Shown here piece after piece: positions 1-8,882 of a DNA stretch of 32,000 nt (position 1 is its first letter; the number at the start of each line of letters is the position of its first letter). A program made the position numbers and the translations under genes. The DNA lies in assembly GCF_003945235.1 (NCBI RefSeq), contig NZ_RSDW01000001.1:2550001-2582000 (forward strand), given 5' to 3'. The notes below the pieces were generated by a model. That model saw only the letters and a list, made by a program, of their open reading frames with translations, did not search any database and was not told where the DNA came from. The DNA is from Edaphobacter aggregans. GTDB taxonomy: Bacteria > Acidobacteriota > Terriglobia > Terriglobales > Acidobacteriaceae.

Positions 1-482
1 CTAACGGCCTCCACACCAACGGCTACTCCCTCGCCCGCAAGCTCCTCTTCGAAGTAGCCAAGTACGGCCCCGACCAATACGTCAACGAGCTCAAGGACAA
101 GACCGGTGCCGCTCTCATGCGCGTCCACCGCAGCTACCTCGCCATCATCAAGAAGCTCACCGGAGCAGAACTCGTCAACGGCATGGCTCACATCACCGGG
201 GGCGGCATCACCGAAAACCTCCCCCGCATCATCCCCAAGGGCATGGGCGCAGTCGTAGACCTGGCCTCCTGGACAGTCCCACCGCTTTTCGAACATCTCC
301 AACACCTCGGCAACGTCGAACAGGGCGAAATGCTCCGCACCTTCAACATGGGCATCGGCCTCATCGTCGTAGTTCCCGCCGAAAAAGTGAAGAAGGCCAA
401 AGCCGTCCTTAACCGAGCCAACGAACGCCACTGCATCATTGGCCGCATTGTCCGAGGCGAACGCAAAGTCACTTACAACTGA
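1..482 (+). CDS. purM: Phosphoribosylformylglycinamidine cyclo-ligase (AIR synthetase), C-terminal part; the 5' end lies upstream of the window
   Basis: Frame 3 is open from nt 3 to the stop at 480-482. The translation NGLHTNGYSLARKLLFEV...MAHITGGGITENLPRI...FNMGIGLIVVV carries the conserved PurM C-terminal motifs (GxHxNGYSL, HITGGG). Confidence 0.9.
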   Translation, partial: NGLHTNGYSLARKLLFEVAKYGPDQYVNELKDKTGAALMRVHRSYLAIIKKLTGAELVNGMAHITGGGITENLPRIIPKGMGAVVDLASWTVPPLFEHLQHLGNVEQGEMLRTFNMGIGLIVVVPAEKVKKAKAVLNRANERHCIIGRIVRGERKVTYN

Positions 483-493
483 TGATGTTCCGT

Positions 494-1264
494 CTAATGT
501 GAGCCGGTAGCCGCAGCCGCCGCCACCCGGCCCGCATCCACCTCAAGCGGACTTTGAAGCGTCATCTGGAACTGCCAGCCGGCGTCGAACTGAACATAAT
601 CCGCATCGCTCGTCTTGTGCCGCGACAACAGTACCGCAGCGGTTACCACCAACGCAGCAAACCCGCTCGCTATGCCGATGATCACATCCTTGGGAGGTCC
701 TACGCTCGGCGTCGGCGGCAGGGTCGGCAGGGTCGGAAAGGTTGGTGTGGACTGGAAAGCTGCGCCAGGAAATGCCGTGCCCCTCCCGACCGCATCGTTG
801 TTATCCGCAACCACGAGCGAACTCGCGCCAGGAACCTCAACGGCCGCCCACGTATTGGCAGCATCGAGCATCGCCGTATATCCGTTTGCGTAGAGCAGCC
901 GTGTGAAATGAATCTGCACATTCTGTTGCTGCGTCTTCTTTGCCTGCGCCGTCAAGGAAGTAATCGTACCTTCCACATACGTTCCGGCCGGGATGGCCAC
1001 CTGATCACCGACGGTGACAGGAAACGCCACCACCGCGCGGACGGCATCTCCCACCTTCGTGGACCTGCCATTGATCGGACTCACCAGCGTCAGGGGCACA
1101 ACCGTTCCTGGCGGAATTGTGATCGTCTGGACGGCTGGCGTAGCCGTCTCCTGGGCAGGCACCGGAGCCTGAACTTCTGCGGCAATCACAACCTGCCTGG
1201 TAGAAACGGCAACCATCAAGAGTGCGGCAGTGAAGGGGACATGCGTACAGGTTTTCCAATTCAT
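494..1264 (-). CDS. Secreted/membrane protein with a TrbI/VirB10-like beta-barrel core (paralog A)
   Basis: 256-aa ORF with an N-terminal hydrophobic signal. It has the pattern IPPGTVVPLTLVSPINGRSTKVGDAVRAVV...VAIPAGTYVEGTI...HFTRLLYANGYT...QFQMTLQSPLEVD, which resembles the TrbI/VirB10 C-terminal domain layout. A hydrophobic helix (IIGIASGFAALVVTAAVLL) is inserted before the last strand. It is a clear paralog of the next gene. Confidence 0.6.
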   Translation of the reverse strand: MNWKTCTHVPFTAALLMVAVSTRQVVIAAEVQAPVPAQETATPAVQTITIPPGTVVPLTLVSPINGRSTKVGDAVRAVVAFPVTVGDQVAIPAGTYVEGTITSLTAQAKKTQQQNVQIHFTRLLYANGYTAMLDAANTWAAVEVPGASSLVVADNNDAVGRGTAFPGAAFQSTPTFPTLPTLPPTPSVGPPKDVIIGIASGFAALVVTAAVLLSRHKTSDADYVQFDAGWQFQMTLQSPLEVDAGRVAAAAATGSH

Positions 1265-1302
1265 ACTGGCTCGGCTTCCTTTGAGTTCTTATTTTTATAA
1301 AT

Positions 1303-2277
1303 TCACTTCTTTGCTGCCTGAGGTGCGCTTGGGTTCTGCTTGACCGTCAGCGTCTCCGGCGTGCTGGAAACAACCAGAGGCGGCGCCGGACACACCGTGT
1401 CGGGAGTAGATGGCGTGCCTGGCATACCCGGGATGACCGTCGGCGGAGTCCCAGGCGTGCCTGGGATCACAGTATCCGGCACTCCTTCGATCCCCGATGA
1501 AATCACGGTTGGAGGAGTTCCCGGCGTACCTGGAATCACGGTGTCCGGAGTCCCTGGGCTGCCGGGATCGCCCGCAATCGGACGACACAGCGTAGCCGGT
1601 TTGAACTGCCCGGGCTTCGGAGCCTGAGAAAGCGGAATAGCCTGCGCCACCCGGCTCGCATCGAGCACAAGCGGCGCTTCGAGAGTCATCTCGATCTGCG
1701 ATCCGTTATCCAGCAGAATGTCGTTGTTCTGGCTGACCTGTACGGTGACCAGACTCAGCGTAGTTTCTAAACCGGTGTCTGGCGCCCCATCCGGCCCGAT
1801 GCTCGGAGCCTTCTCGCTTGTGGCCGATCCGGATGTTCCCCCCGCACTGTGCGCATCCGGGCCCGAGAGCACAATCGTATAGCCATTGGCAAAGATGATC
1901 TTGGTGAAATGGACACCGATCTCGGCACGGCTGGTCTTCCGCGTAGGCTGTACGATCGAATCGATCACGCCTTCCACATAAGTGCCGGCTGGAATTCCGA
2001 CGTGATCGGCGGCAGTAACCGGGAAGATGGTCTGCAAATAGAGCGGATCACCCGCCTTCGCGGTTTTGGCCCATACCGCCCGCGTCAGCGCAACCGCCAC
2101 CTTGCTTCCAGCGGGAATCGCGATCGTGGGCGGAGACACTGCTGCAGCCACTTGCAACCGCGCGCCTTCCATCTGTAAGGGGAAGGCCAGACTAGGATGA
2201 GCCAGGAATAGAACGAACGCCGGAAGTAGGGGCCGCAGAAAGCAAGACATCCGCATCACTGCGTCAGATACGAACAC
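1303..2277 (-). CDS. Secreted protein with a TrbI/VirB10-like core and a Pro/Thr/Gly-rich repeat tail (paralog B)
   Basis: 324-aa ORF; the true start may be an internal Met (MRMSCF.../MSCF...). It has a signal peptide ending PSLA, then the same IPAGS...GDP...IPAGTYVEGVI...HFTKIIFANGYT...QIEMTLEAPLVLD core as 494-1264. The C-terminus contains PDTVIPGTPGTPPTVI twice. Confidence 0.6.
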   Translation of the reverse strand: MFVSDAVMRMSCFLRPLLPAFVLFLAHPSLAFPLQMEGARLQVAAAVSPPTIAIPAGSKVAVALTRAVWAKTAKAGDPLYLQTIFPVTAADHVGIPAGTYVEGVIDSIVQPTRKTSRAEIGVHFTKIIFANGYTIVLSGPDAHSAGGTSGSATSEKAPSIGPDGAPDTGLETTLSLVTVQVSQNNDILLDNGSQIEMTLEAPLVLDASRVAQAIPLSQAPKPGQFKPATLCRPIAGDPGSPGTPDTVIPGTPGTPPTVISSGIEGVPDTVIPGTPGTPPTVIPGMPGTPSTPDTVCPAPPLVVSSTPETLTVKQNPSAPQAAKK

Positions 2278-2471
2278 ACTCCATGGATTGTTTCAGAACC
2301 AAGCCCTTTCGCCTCCTGAGTTTACGTTTGCCGGTTAAGACCTCGCTCATTCTCTTGAAGTGCGGGAAGAACCAAAATTTCTTGGACGATTTGTCGAACT
2401 CCGGTCCCGCGGTTCGTCGTTATAGTGAAGGCAGGGCAACGCCCGCCTGAAGACCATTACAGGAGAAGACA

Positions 2472-2810
2472 GTGGCGCAATATTTGGTTGCGATTCACCA
2501 CCCCGACAACTACGACCCGTCCGTCGAAGACGAAGCAATGAGCCGCGATATCGACGCTCTCAACGAGGAGATGGAGGCGGCTGGTGTCAGGATTTTCGCA
2601 GGTGGCCTGTCGTCGGCAAGCAGCGCGAAGTCGCTGCGGGTGCAGCCCAATGGTGAAGTGCTCACCACCGACGGACCATATCTGGAGGCCAAGGAGCACG
2701 TGGGCGGTTTTTGGATGCTGAAAGCCGCTGATCTGGACGAGGCGCTGGCCTGGGGACGCAAGGCCGCCGTAGCCTGTCGGGCACCGGTCGAGGTCCGCGC
2801 GTTCCTCTAA
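2472..2810 (+). CDS. YCII-related (YciI-like) domain protein
   Basis: 112-aa ORF with a GTG start 6 nt after AGGAG. The motif DGPYLEAKEHVGGFWML and the overall size are typical of the YCII family. Confidence 0.7.
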   Translation: MAQYLVAIHHPDNYDPSVEDEAMSRDIDALNEEMEAAGVRIFAGGLSSASSAKSLRVQPNGEVLTTDGPYLEAKEHVGGFWMLKAADLDEALAWGRKAAVACRAPVEVRAFL

Positions 2811-2920
2811 CAGAGGGCCAACGAAAGCAATGGAGCAGCAGTGGCGACACTGCCGGCCCGCTGAAGGCATCTATTTTTCAGACAGCTTCTAACTCAAAAA
2901 CTGCCTGGTCGGGAGGTGTC

Positions 2921-2990
2921 GGAGAAGAAGCCCACCCCGAAGATAGCTCTCCTATCCACCTTCTGGGCAGGAGATTTCCGCCGACAACAC
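2921..2990 (+). repeat. Copy 1 of a roughly 70-76 bp imperfect direct repeat (partner at 5050-5125)
   Basis: ggagaagaagcccaccccgaagatagctctcctatccaccttctgggcaggagatttccgccgacaacac aligns with 5050-5125 at roughly 80% identity by eye. The shared core is gatt(t)ccgccgacaacac. Confidence 0.7.
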
Positions 2991-3213
2991 CACCCACGCG
3001 TCCCATCTCACTCTCTATCAAAAATGGCACGACCCATAACGGAAAAAGCAGTAAACATCGGCTCAAAATCGCCAAACCTTAAGTTCGGCTTAAGACGATT
3101 TCATAGACGCTTCATCCCATCAGCCTCAAGACTCCGTTACGCTCCAACCGTGACTGCATACGCTACGGCAAACGTCATTGAATACCCGCAGCCCGCCGTC
3201 ACAGGAGGCTTCA

Positions 3214-4917
3214 ATGAACCAGATCCACACCGCTGCGAAGAGCGTCGCCATTTTTTCCTTGTGCGCACTTGCCGCCAGCATCCCATCCAACGCACAAGAC
3301 GGACGTTTCGACCGCGACCATGACTTCTTCTTCTACCCCGGCAATCTCGTCGTCAGCCGCAGCGTCTACGACAACAACCCCAACAACGTGAAGGTCGGCA
3401 CCATTCTTCCTCCCAACTGCGCCAGCACCACTGGCGGATGCTCCGCAGCGACCGGAGCTCCTTACAACGGTGCCTATCCCACTGTCTTCAACAACGACAT
3501 CTACGACGCCAACTTCGGCGTTACTTCAGCGATCTTCCTCGATCAGATCACTCCCTTCGGTTGGCGCATCAACACCCTCGAAGTTCCCAACAGTTCGCAG
3601 CGTGGCATCAAGAGCTCCAGCGATCAGCTTGTCACCAGCTTCAGCTCCAAGTCCGAGATCGCGCTCAACCTCTCTACCGACGGCCGCATCCTCACCTTCA
3701 TGGGCTACGTCTCGCCCATCGACGCCATCGACGTTTCGAACTCCAGCACTCCGGCAGCCGTCGACCCGACTGATCCGGTCGGCCTGAACACCTATCGCGC
3801 CGTCGCGACCGTCGACAGTACCGGACGCTTCACCTTCACCGAAACCAACGCCTACAGCGGAAACAACGGACGCGCCGCCATCCTCAACGACACCGACGGA
3901 GCCAACGTCATCTATACCGCCGGCAACGCAGGTAACGGATCAAACCCTCAGCCCAACGGCATCGTCCTCGGCGCGGGAGCCCAGTTCATCGAACCCGCAA
4001 CAGTTCCGGAGAGCTTCCAGACTCCCACCACACCCACCCCACTCTCCAGCTTCTCTGTGACCCTCCTCGGTGACAAGGCAGACAAGGTCGGCAAGGACGA
4101 CAACTTCCGCGGCCTCACCATCTTCAACGACGTCGTCTACTTCACCAAGGGAAGCGGCAGCAACGGCGTCAACACCGTCTACTTCGTCGACACCACCGGC
4201 ACCGCATGCCCCAAGGGCGTAGGCATCCCTGCCGTTGGAGCGAAGCTGCCCATCTCTCCGCTCACCTACGATCCCACCAAGCTCCAGACCACCGGCCTGC
4301 CCAGCAACATGTGTATCCTCGCCGGCTTCCCAACCGTGCTGGCAAAGAATGCCAACCCCGCGGCAGCTCCCTTCGGCATCTGGTTCGCCAACGCAGACAC
4401 CCTCTACGTCGCTGACGAAGGAGACGGCTACACGGGTGGCACCGACCTCTACACTCACGCCGCTGCCCAAACCACAGCCGGCCTGCAGAAGTGGGTCTTC
4501 AACTCCACTACCAGCACCTGGAGCCTCGCCTACACCCTTCAAACCGGCCTCGGTCTCGGTACGTCCTATACCGTCCACAACTATCCCACCGGCAACAATC
4601 CGGCAACCAATCTACCCTGGGCTCCCGCAACCGACGGTCTCCGCAACCTGACCGGCCACGTCGATCGCGATGGTCACGTCACGATCTGGGCCATCACCTC
4701 CACCATCAGCGGCAACGGAGACGTAGGCGCCGATCCCAACCGCCTGGTCGCCATTCGCGATCTGGTACAAAACTCCGATCCCACCGTGGCCGCCAAGGAG
4801 AGCTTCTATACGTTGCGTCAGGCCGACTACGCTGAGGTTCTACGCGGAGTCTCCTTCACCCCCGGAACCGATGTAGCCCACGACCGTCATGACTTCGATC
4901 ATGGCTACCACCACTAA
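3214..4917 (+). CDS. Large secreted protein of unknown function with a His-rich C-terminal tail
   Basis: The ORF track starts at 3178, but the ATG at 3214 follows AGGAGG and gives the signal peptide MNQIHTAAKSVAIFSLCALAASIPSNA|QDG. I recognise no family motif. It ends ...HDRHDFDHGYHH. Confidence 0.75.
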   Translation: MNQIHTAAKSVAIFSLCALAASIPSNAQDGRFDRDHDFFFYPGNLVVSRSVYDNNPNNVKVGTILPPNCASTTGGCSAATGAPYNGAYPTVFNNDIYDANFGVTSAIFLDQITPFGWRINTLEVPNSSQRGIKSSSDQLVTSFSSKSEIALNLSTDGRILTFMGYVSPIDAIDVSNSSTPAAVDPTDPVGLNTYRAVATVDSTGRFTFTETNAYSGNNGRAAILNDTDGANVIYTAGNAGNGSNPQPNGIVLGAGAQFIEPATVPESFQTPTTPTPLSSFSVTLLGDKADKVGKDDNFRGLTIFNDVVYFTKGSGSNGVNTVYFVDTTGTACPKGVGIPAVGAKLPISPLTYDPTKLQTTGLPSNMCILAGFPTVLAKNANPAAAPFGIWFANADTLYVADEGDGYTGGTDLYTHAAAQTTAGLQKWVFNSTTSTWSLAYTLQTGLGLGTSYTVHNYPTGNNPATNLPWAPATDGLRNLTGHVDRDGHVTIWAITSTISGNGDVGADPNRLVAIRDLVQNSDPTVAAKESFYTLRQADYAEVLRGVSFTPGTDVAHDRHDFDHGYHH

Positions 4918-4952
4918 CGATCTGGCATCCGGCAAGTAGAAACGGAACAAAC

Positions 4953-4996
4953 TAGTGGAGCAGGAAGCTAATCTTCTCTGCTCCACTAATTTTTGG
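4953..4996 (+). terminator. Rho-independent terminator downstream of 3214-4917
   Basis: tagtggagcag (4953-4963) pairs with ctgctccacta (4978-4988). An inner gaag/cttc extension adds to the stem, and atttttgg follows. Confidence 0.8.
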
Positions 4997-5049
4997 AACC
5001 ATCTCGAATCTCATCGCGCGCAAACAGAAAACCATCCACGCGGAGGCAT

Positions 5050-5125
5050 CAGAAAAGAACCCCCATCCCCTCAAGATAACTCTTCCCATCCGCCCACCTT
5101 AGGCATAAGATTCCGCCGACAACAC
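5050..5125 (+). repeat. Copy 2 of the roughly 70-76 bp imperfect direct repeat (partner at 2921-2990), immediately upstream of the cytochrome c gene
   Basis: cagaaaagaacccccatcccctcaagataactcttcccatccgcccaccttaggcataagattccgccgacaacac. It ends 11 nt before the ATG at 5137. Confidence 0.7.
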
Positions 5126-5136
5126 AGGAGCCTCAT

Positions 5137-5541
5137 ATGCTGCGGTCAACGTTCGTCTTCTCCGCGCTATTGCTCTCGGCCCTTTCGCCACAGCAACCCG
5201 CCGCCACCCCCGCCGCGCAGAGCATGCCAGCCGACGCCAAAACCCTCGTCAACCCAGTCAAACCCACGCCCGACTCCCAGGCCCGCGTCAAAAAGGTCTA
5301 CGGATACGACTGTGCTATGTGTCACGGAGCCAACGGCAACGGCAAAGGAGACGTCGTCGCCGACATGAAGCTCACCCTCAAGGACTACACCGACCCCGCA
5401 GCCCTCAAAGACCTCTCCGACGGCGAAATCTACTACGTCATCAAAAACGGCAAGGGCCAGATGCCCGGCGAAGGCGACCGCGCCAAACCCGACGATCTCT
5501 GGAACATGGTCATCCTCGTACGTTCCTTCTCCAAAAAGTAA
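5137..5541 (+). CDS. Class I c-type cytochrome (monoheme), exported
   Basis: 134 aa with an N-terminal signal, the heme-binding motif CAMCH, and a distal Met in GKGQMPG. AGGAG lies upstream of the ATG. Confidence 0.85.
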   Translation: MLRSTFVFSALLLSALSPQQPAATPAAQSMPADAKTLVNPVKPTPDSQARVKKVYGYDCAMCHGANGNGKGDVVADMKLTLKDYTDPAALKDLSDGEIYYVIKNGKGQMPGEGDRAKPDDLWNMVILVRSFSKK

Positions 5542-5672
5542 GTACCTCAGCCTTCTCCTCTCCAACTTCCGCGTCATTGCCGCGCCCACGGGGCCATGCT
5601 CTGCTGGTACTTTGACCGTGCAACAAAACCCTGAGAGGAGTGTTTGAGAGGTTCAGTAAATCATCTTTGCCC

Positions 5673-6770
5673 ATGCAACATCACAACGTCCCTCCTCTTC
5701 GCCACCAAACCCGGCGAATCTTCAGATGCCTCGCTCTCTGCCTGATCTTTGGCGGCCTGGTCGCTCACGCCAGCGCCCAACAACAGCCTTCCCAAAACAC
5801 TCAACTCCCCAGCGCACCCACCCCTCAATCCGCCTCCGGAAGTATCAGGGGCACCGTCACCGACTCCGACGGAGCCATCATCGCCGGAGCCCGCATCACC
5901 CTTACCCGCGAAAACCTCGCACCCTCCACCCAAGACCAGCAAACCATCTCCAGCACCGACGGAAGCTTCTCCTTCTCCCGAATCCCTCCCGGCCCCTTCA
6001 CCATCACCATCTCCGCCGCCGGATTCTCTCCCCGCCAACTATCCGGAACCCTCCAACCCGGCGAAAACTACGAGCCGTCTGTGATCTCCCTGCCGGAGGC
6101 CGCCACAATCATCGACATGCAGATTACCGCCTCGCCGCAGGAGGTGGCACAGGCACAGATCGAGGGCGAAGAAAAGCAGCGCGTCCTCGGCATCATTCCA
6201 AACTTCTACGTCAGCTATGTCTCTGACCCCGTCCCGCTCACCTCAAAACAGAAGTTCGAACTAGCCTGGAAGACCCTCATCGACCCCGTCACCTTCACAG
6301 CAACCGGATTCATCGCAGGCATCGAGCAAGCGCAGGACGACTTCGGCGGCTACGGACAAGGCGGACAGGGCTACGCCAAGCGCTACGCAGCCGCCTACGG
6401 AAACGCCATCGTCGGCACCGCCATCGGCAACGCCATCCTGCCCGCCATCCTCAAGCAGGACCCCCGCTACTTCTACAAAGGAACCGGCACCACCCGATCG
6501 CGCGCCCTTTACGCCATGGCAAACTCCGTCATCTGTAAAGGCGACAACGGACACTGGCAGCCCAACTACTCAGGCATCCTTGGCGGCGCGGCTGCAGGCA
6601 GCATCTCAAACTTCTACTACCCATCAGCCGACCGCAACGGCGCCACCCTGACCGTCGAAAATGCTGCACTCGGCATCGCCGGCAGCGCCATCCAAAATCT
6701 CTTTCAAGAATTCGTCGTCCGCAAGCTCACCCCCCACCTCCCTGACTACAAAACCCAGTCCGAGAACTAG
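5673..6770 (+). CDS. Secreted protein with a carboxypeptidase-regulatory-like (CarboxypepD_reg) N-terminal domain
   Basis: The ORF is open from GTG 5640. The ATG at 5673 gives the signal MQHHNVPPLRHQTRRIFRCLALCLIFGGLVAHASA|QQQ. GSIRGTVTDSDGAIIAGARITL...TDGSFSFSRIPPGPFTITISAAGF is the classic CarboxypepD_reg pattern. I do not recognise the C-terminal half. Confidence 0.75.
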   Translation: MQHHNVPPLRHQTRRIFRCLALCLIFGGLVAHASAQQQPSQNTQLPSAPTPQSASGSIRGTVTDSDGAIIAGARITLTRENLAPSTQDQQTISSTDGSFSFSRIPPGPFTITISAAGFSPRQLSGTLQPGENYEPSVISLPEAATIIDMQITASPQEVAQAQIEGEEKQRVLGIIPNFYVSYVSDPVPLTSKQKFELAWKTLIDPVTFTATGFIAGIEQAQDDFGGYGQGGQGYAKRYAAAYGNAIVGTAIGNAILPAILKQDPRYFYKGTGTTRSRALYAMANSVICKGDNGHWQPNYSGILGGAAAGSISNFYYPSADRNGATLTVENAALGIAGSAIQNLFQEFVVRKLTPHLPDYKTQSEN

Positions 6771-6903
6771 ACTTCATCACCCCCAACAAGTGTCATCCTG
6801 AGCGGAGATGTGCGCCTTTGCGCATCGGAATCAAAGAACCTGCTGTTTGCCAACACCAGCTACCAAGCTCACCTATTCAAAGCTCACGACTTAAACTCAC
6901 AGT

Positions 6904-8283
6904 TCACTTCGGCCCCCAAATCCGAAACTCCCCGCTGGCATGCAGCAGACTCATCATGTACAGCATGCCGTCGTAGTACCGGCTATACCCAGAAGGCACC
7001 GGAGCATTCCACAATGCATCCACAAACTCCCGCGCCCGCACCTTATCCTTCGCCGCAAGACTAGCCACCGCATTCGTCCCCACCAACCCAATCGGCGCAT
7101 CTGTCTCCGGCGTAAGCTTCGGCGTCGCCCCCTGCGCCTTCCCATCCAGCGTATACACCGGACTGTACTTCCCCATTCCCTCGGACGCAAAGAACCCCTG
7201 AATCCGATCGCTCAGCACCTGTTCCTCAGGATCCTTCCGCCACCACGACCAATCCACCGACCAGTTGCTAGGCGTCCGCCACGAGTCATACCCAAACTCC
7301 CCCGACTGCACAAACCGCGTCTCATGCGGAGTCCCATCGAAGTTCGCATACACCGGCGCCAGTCCTGTCTTCGGATTCGTCGCCTTCACAAAATACTCCC
7401 GGCTCACCTCCGCAGCCCGCGCCCAGAACTCGCGATCCTCCTCCGGACCCCATCGCGCCCAAAGCTCATAAAACGCCGGCAGATGATACGACGGATCGCT
7501 GAACGGATGCTCCATCACCCCCGGCACAAACAGAATCATCGCGTGCTCTTCATTCACCTCAGGACCAACCTTGCGCGGCCCAAACTTCGTCTGTCCGCTC
7601 TTCACCTCGCGATGCCGCATCGCCCGCAGCAGCCGTTCCGCCTCCGCATGATAGTCATAGATCCCCGTTCCACTCCCCCACCGATTCGCTGCAAACAGCA
7701 ACGACATCGCAAAATACTCCTCGCCATCCGGAGCAGGCGTCTCTTCCCTCGCCGTCCCATCCGTCTTGCACGACCACGAGAAGTATCCATACGAAGGATG
7801 CACCGGATCCGAGATGTACATATTCGTCATCACCCAATTCCACAGCGCGTCGAACTCTTCTTTCTTGTTCATCTGCACCGCGATCATCATCCCGTACGAC
7901 ATCCCCTCGGTTCGCACGTCATGATTCGCCCAGTCCGTCACATAACTCAGCGGACCATTCGCATTCTTCCCCGCTGCAAAGTAGATCGCCTGCGTCTCCC
8001 CATCGCCATGAAACAGCTGCTGGTAAGCCGCATTGATCTTCGCGTCAATCTCAGCCTGCGAGTGCCCCGCCTCCGCAAACAGATTGCGATACTTGCCCGT
8101 TTTATACGCACCCTTCCCATCATTCGAAGCGGCACGAGCAATGCCACTGCCGCACGCCAACCCAACAACGCACAGAGCCGATGCAACGCAATGAATTCCT
8201 CTACGCCATCTCCACCCACCCACCATCTTCCCAGGCCCATTCAAACCAAACATCCGCATCAACCTCATCAGCGAGCACAGCAA
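6904..8283 (-). CDS. Glycoside hydrolase family 8 (reducing-end xylose-releasing exo-oligoxylanase-like)
   Basis: GAYKTGKYRNLFAEAGHSQAEIDAKI...HDVRTEGMSYGMMIAVQMNKKEEFDALWNW closely follows the GH8 Rex-type N-terminal and catalytic region. A signal peptide is present. The true start may be an internal Met (for example MVGGWRWRR..., about 8226). Confidence 0.85.
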   Translation of the reverse strand: MLCSLMRLMRMFGLNGPGKMVGGWRWRRGIHCVASALCVVGLACGSGIARAASNDGKGAYKTGKYRNLFAEAGHSQAEIDAKINAAYQQLFHGDGETQAIYFAAGKNANGPLSYVTDWANHDVRTEGMSYGMMIAVQMNKKEEFDALWNWVMTNMYISDPVHPSYGYFSWSCKTDGTAREETPAPDGEEYFAMSLLFAANRWGSGTGIYDYHAEAERLLRAMRHREVKSGQTKFGPRKVGPEVNEEHAMILFVPGVMEHPFSDPSYHLPAFYELWARWGPEEDREFWARAAEVSREYFVKATNPKTGLAPVYANFDGTPHETRFVQSGEFGYDSWRTPSNWSVDWSWWRKDPEEQVLSDRIQGFFASEGMGKYSPVYTLDGKAQGATPKLTPETDAPIGLVGTNAVASLAAKDKVRAREFVDALWNAPVPSGYSRYYDGMLYMMSLLHASGEFRIWGPK

Positions 8284-8302
8284 CTAACGCTCTGTATTTG
8301 TA

Positions 8303-8321
8303 TCGAGTGTAGAACACTCGA
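8303..8321. promoter_or_regulatory. Perfect 8-bp-arm palindrome in the divergent GH8 / 8382 intergenic region (candidate operator)
   Basis: TCGAGTGT-aga-ACACTCGA lies between the divergently oriented starts at 8283 (or lower) and 8382. Confidence 0.3.
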
Positions 8322-8381
8322 GAAAACAACTCGCAGTTCTTCTTGGGACTCTAAATTCTTAGGAATTAGAGGAGAAAATAT

Positions 8382-8825
8382 ATGTCCCGATGGAAGTCGC
8401 TTGCCTTCTTTGCTCTCACCGTTGCACTGGTGAGCAGCGTGTCCGTGGCACCAGCTCAAGTTTCCATTAACATCGGAACGCCGCCCGTGTGCCCGTACGG
8501 TTACTTTGACTACGCCCCCTATAACTGCGCTCCCTATGGCTACTATGGGCCGGATTGGTTTACTGGCGGAGTATTCATCGGAGCTGGCCCCTGGTTCCAC
8601 GGCCCTCACGGCTTCTACGGCCACGTCGATAACCGCTACGATCCTCACCACGGTTACAACGGACCAATGCCGGAGCGCAACGAGCAGGCGTTCACTCACT
8701 TCCATGCGAACGAGGCGCGCGATGGACAAGGCCACGTCGGCAACGCAGGCCACAATCCAGGTGGTGAACACAGCGCCGGATTCCAGGGGCACGGCGGCGG
8801 TGGTCATAGCGGAGGTCACCACTAG
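8382..8825 (+). CDS. Small secreted Gly/His/Tyr-rich protein of unknown function
   Basis: 147 aa with GGAGAA upstream of the ATG and the signal MSRWKSLAFFALTVALVSSVSVAPA|QVS. The C-terminus is GHNPGGEHSAGFQGHGGGGHSGGHH. Confidence 0.7.
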   Translation: MSRWKSLAFFALTVALVSSVSVAPAQVSINIGTPPVCPYGYFDYAPYNCAPYGYYGPDWFTGGVFIGAGPWFHGPHGFYGHVDNRYDPHHGYNGPMPERNEQAFTHFHANEARDGQGHVGNAGHNPGGEHSAGFQGHGGGGHSGGHH

Positions 8826-8851
8826 AGATCGGCCCAATCCAGTGAACGCAG

Positions 8852-8882
8852 CCCGCTTCATGTGGAGCGGGTCCCTTTGTGT
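8852..8882 (+). terminator. Probable intrinsic terminator after 8382-8825
   Basis: cccgct (8852-8857) pairs with agcggg (8866-8871). The T-rich stretch tccctttgtgt follows. Confidence 0.45.

Noticed and set aside
1340-1627. Plus-strand ORF encoding GVPG-type repeats (collagen/elastin-like)
   Set aside because: It is the antisense reading of the Pro/Thr/Gly-rich tail of the 1303-2277 gene and has no independent start context.
6791-6830. gtcatcctgagcgg motif followed by the hairpin gatgtgcgc-ctt-tgcgcatc between convergent genes
   Set aside because: The hairpin lacks a U-tract on either strand, so it is not a canonical terminator. I vaguely recall similar motifs as genome-wide repeats, but there is only one copy here, so I cannot support a call.
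6940-8433. 497-aa plus-strand ORF
   Set aside because: It is entirely antisense to the well-supported GH8 gene. The translation is Arg/Pro/His-rich low complexity, typical of an out-of-frame read in high-GC DNA.
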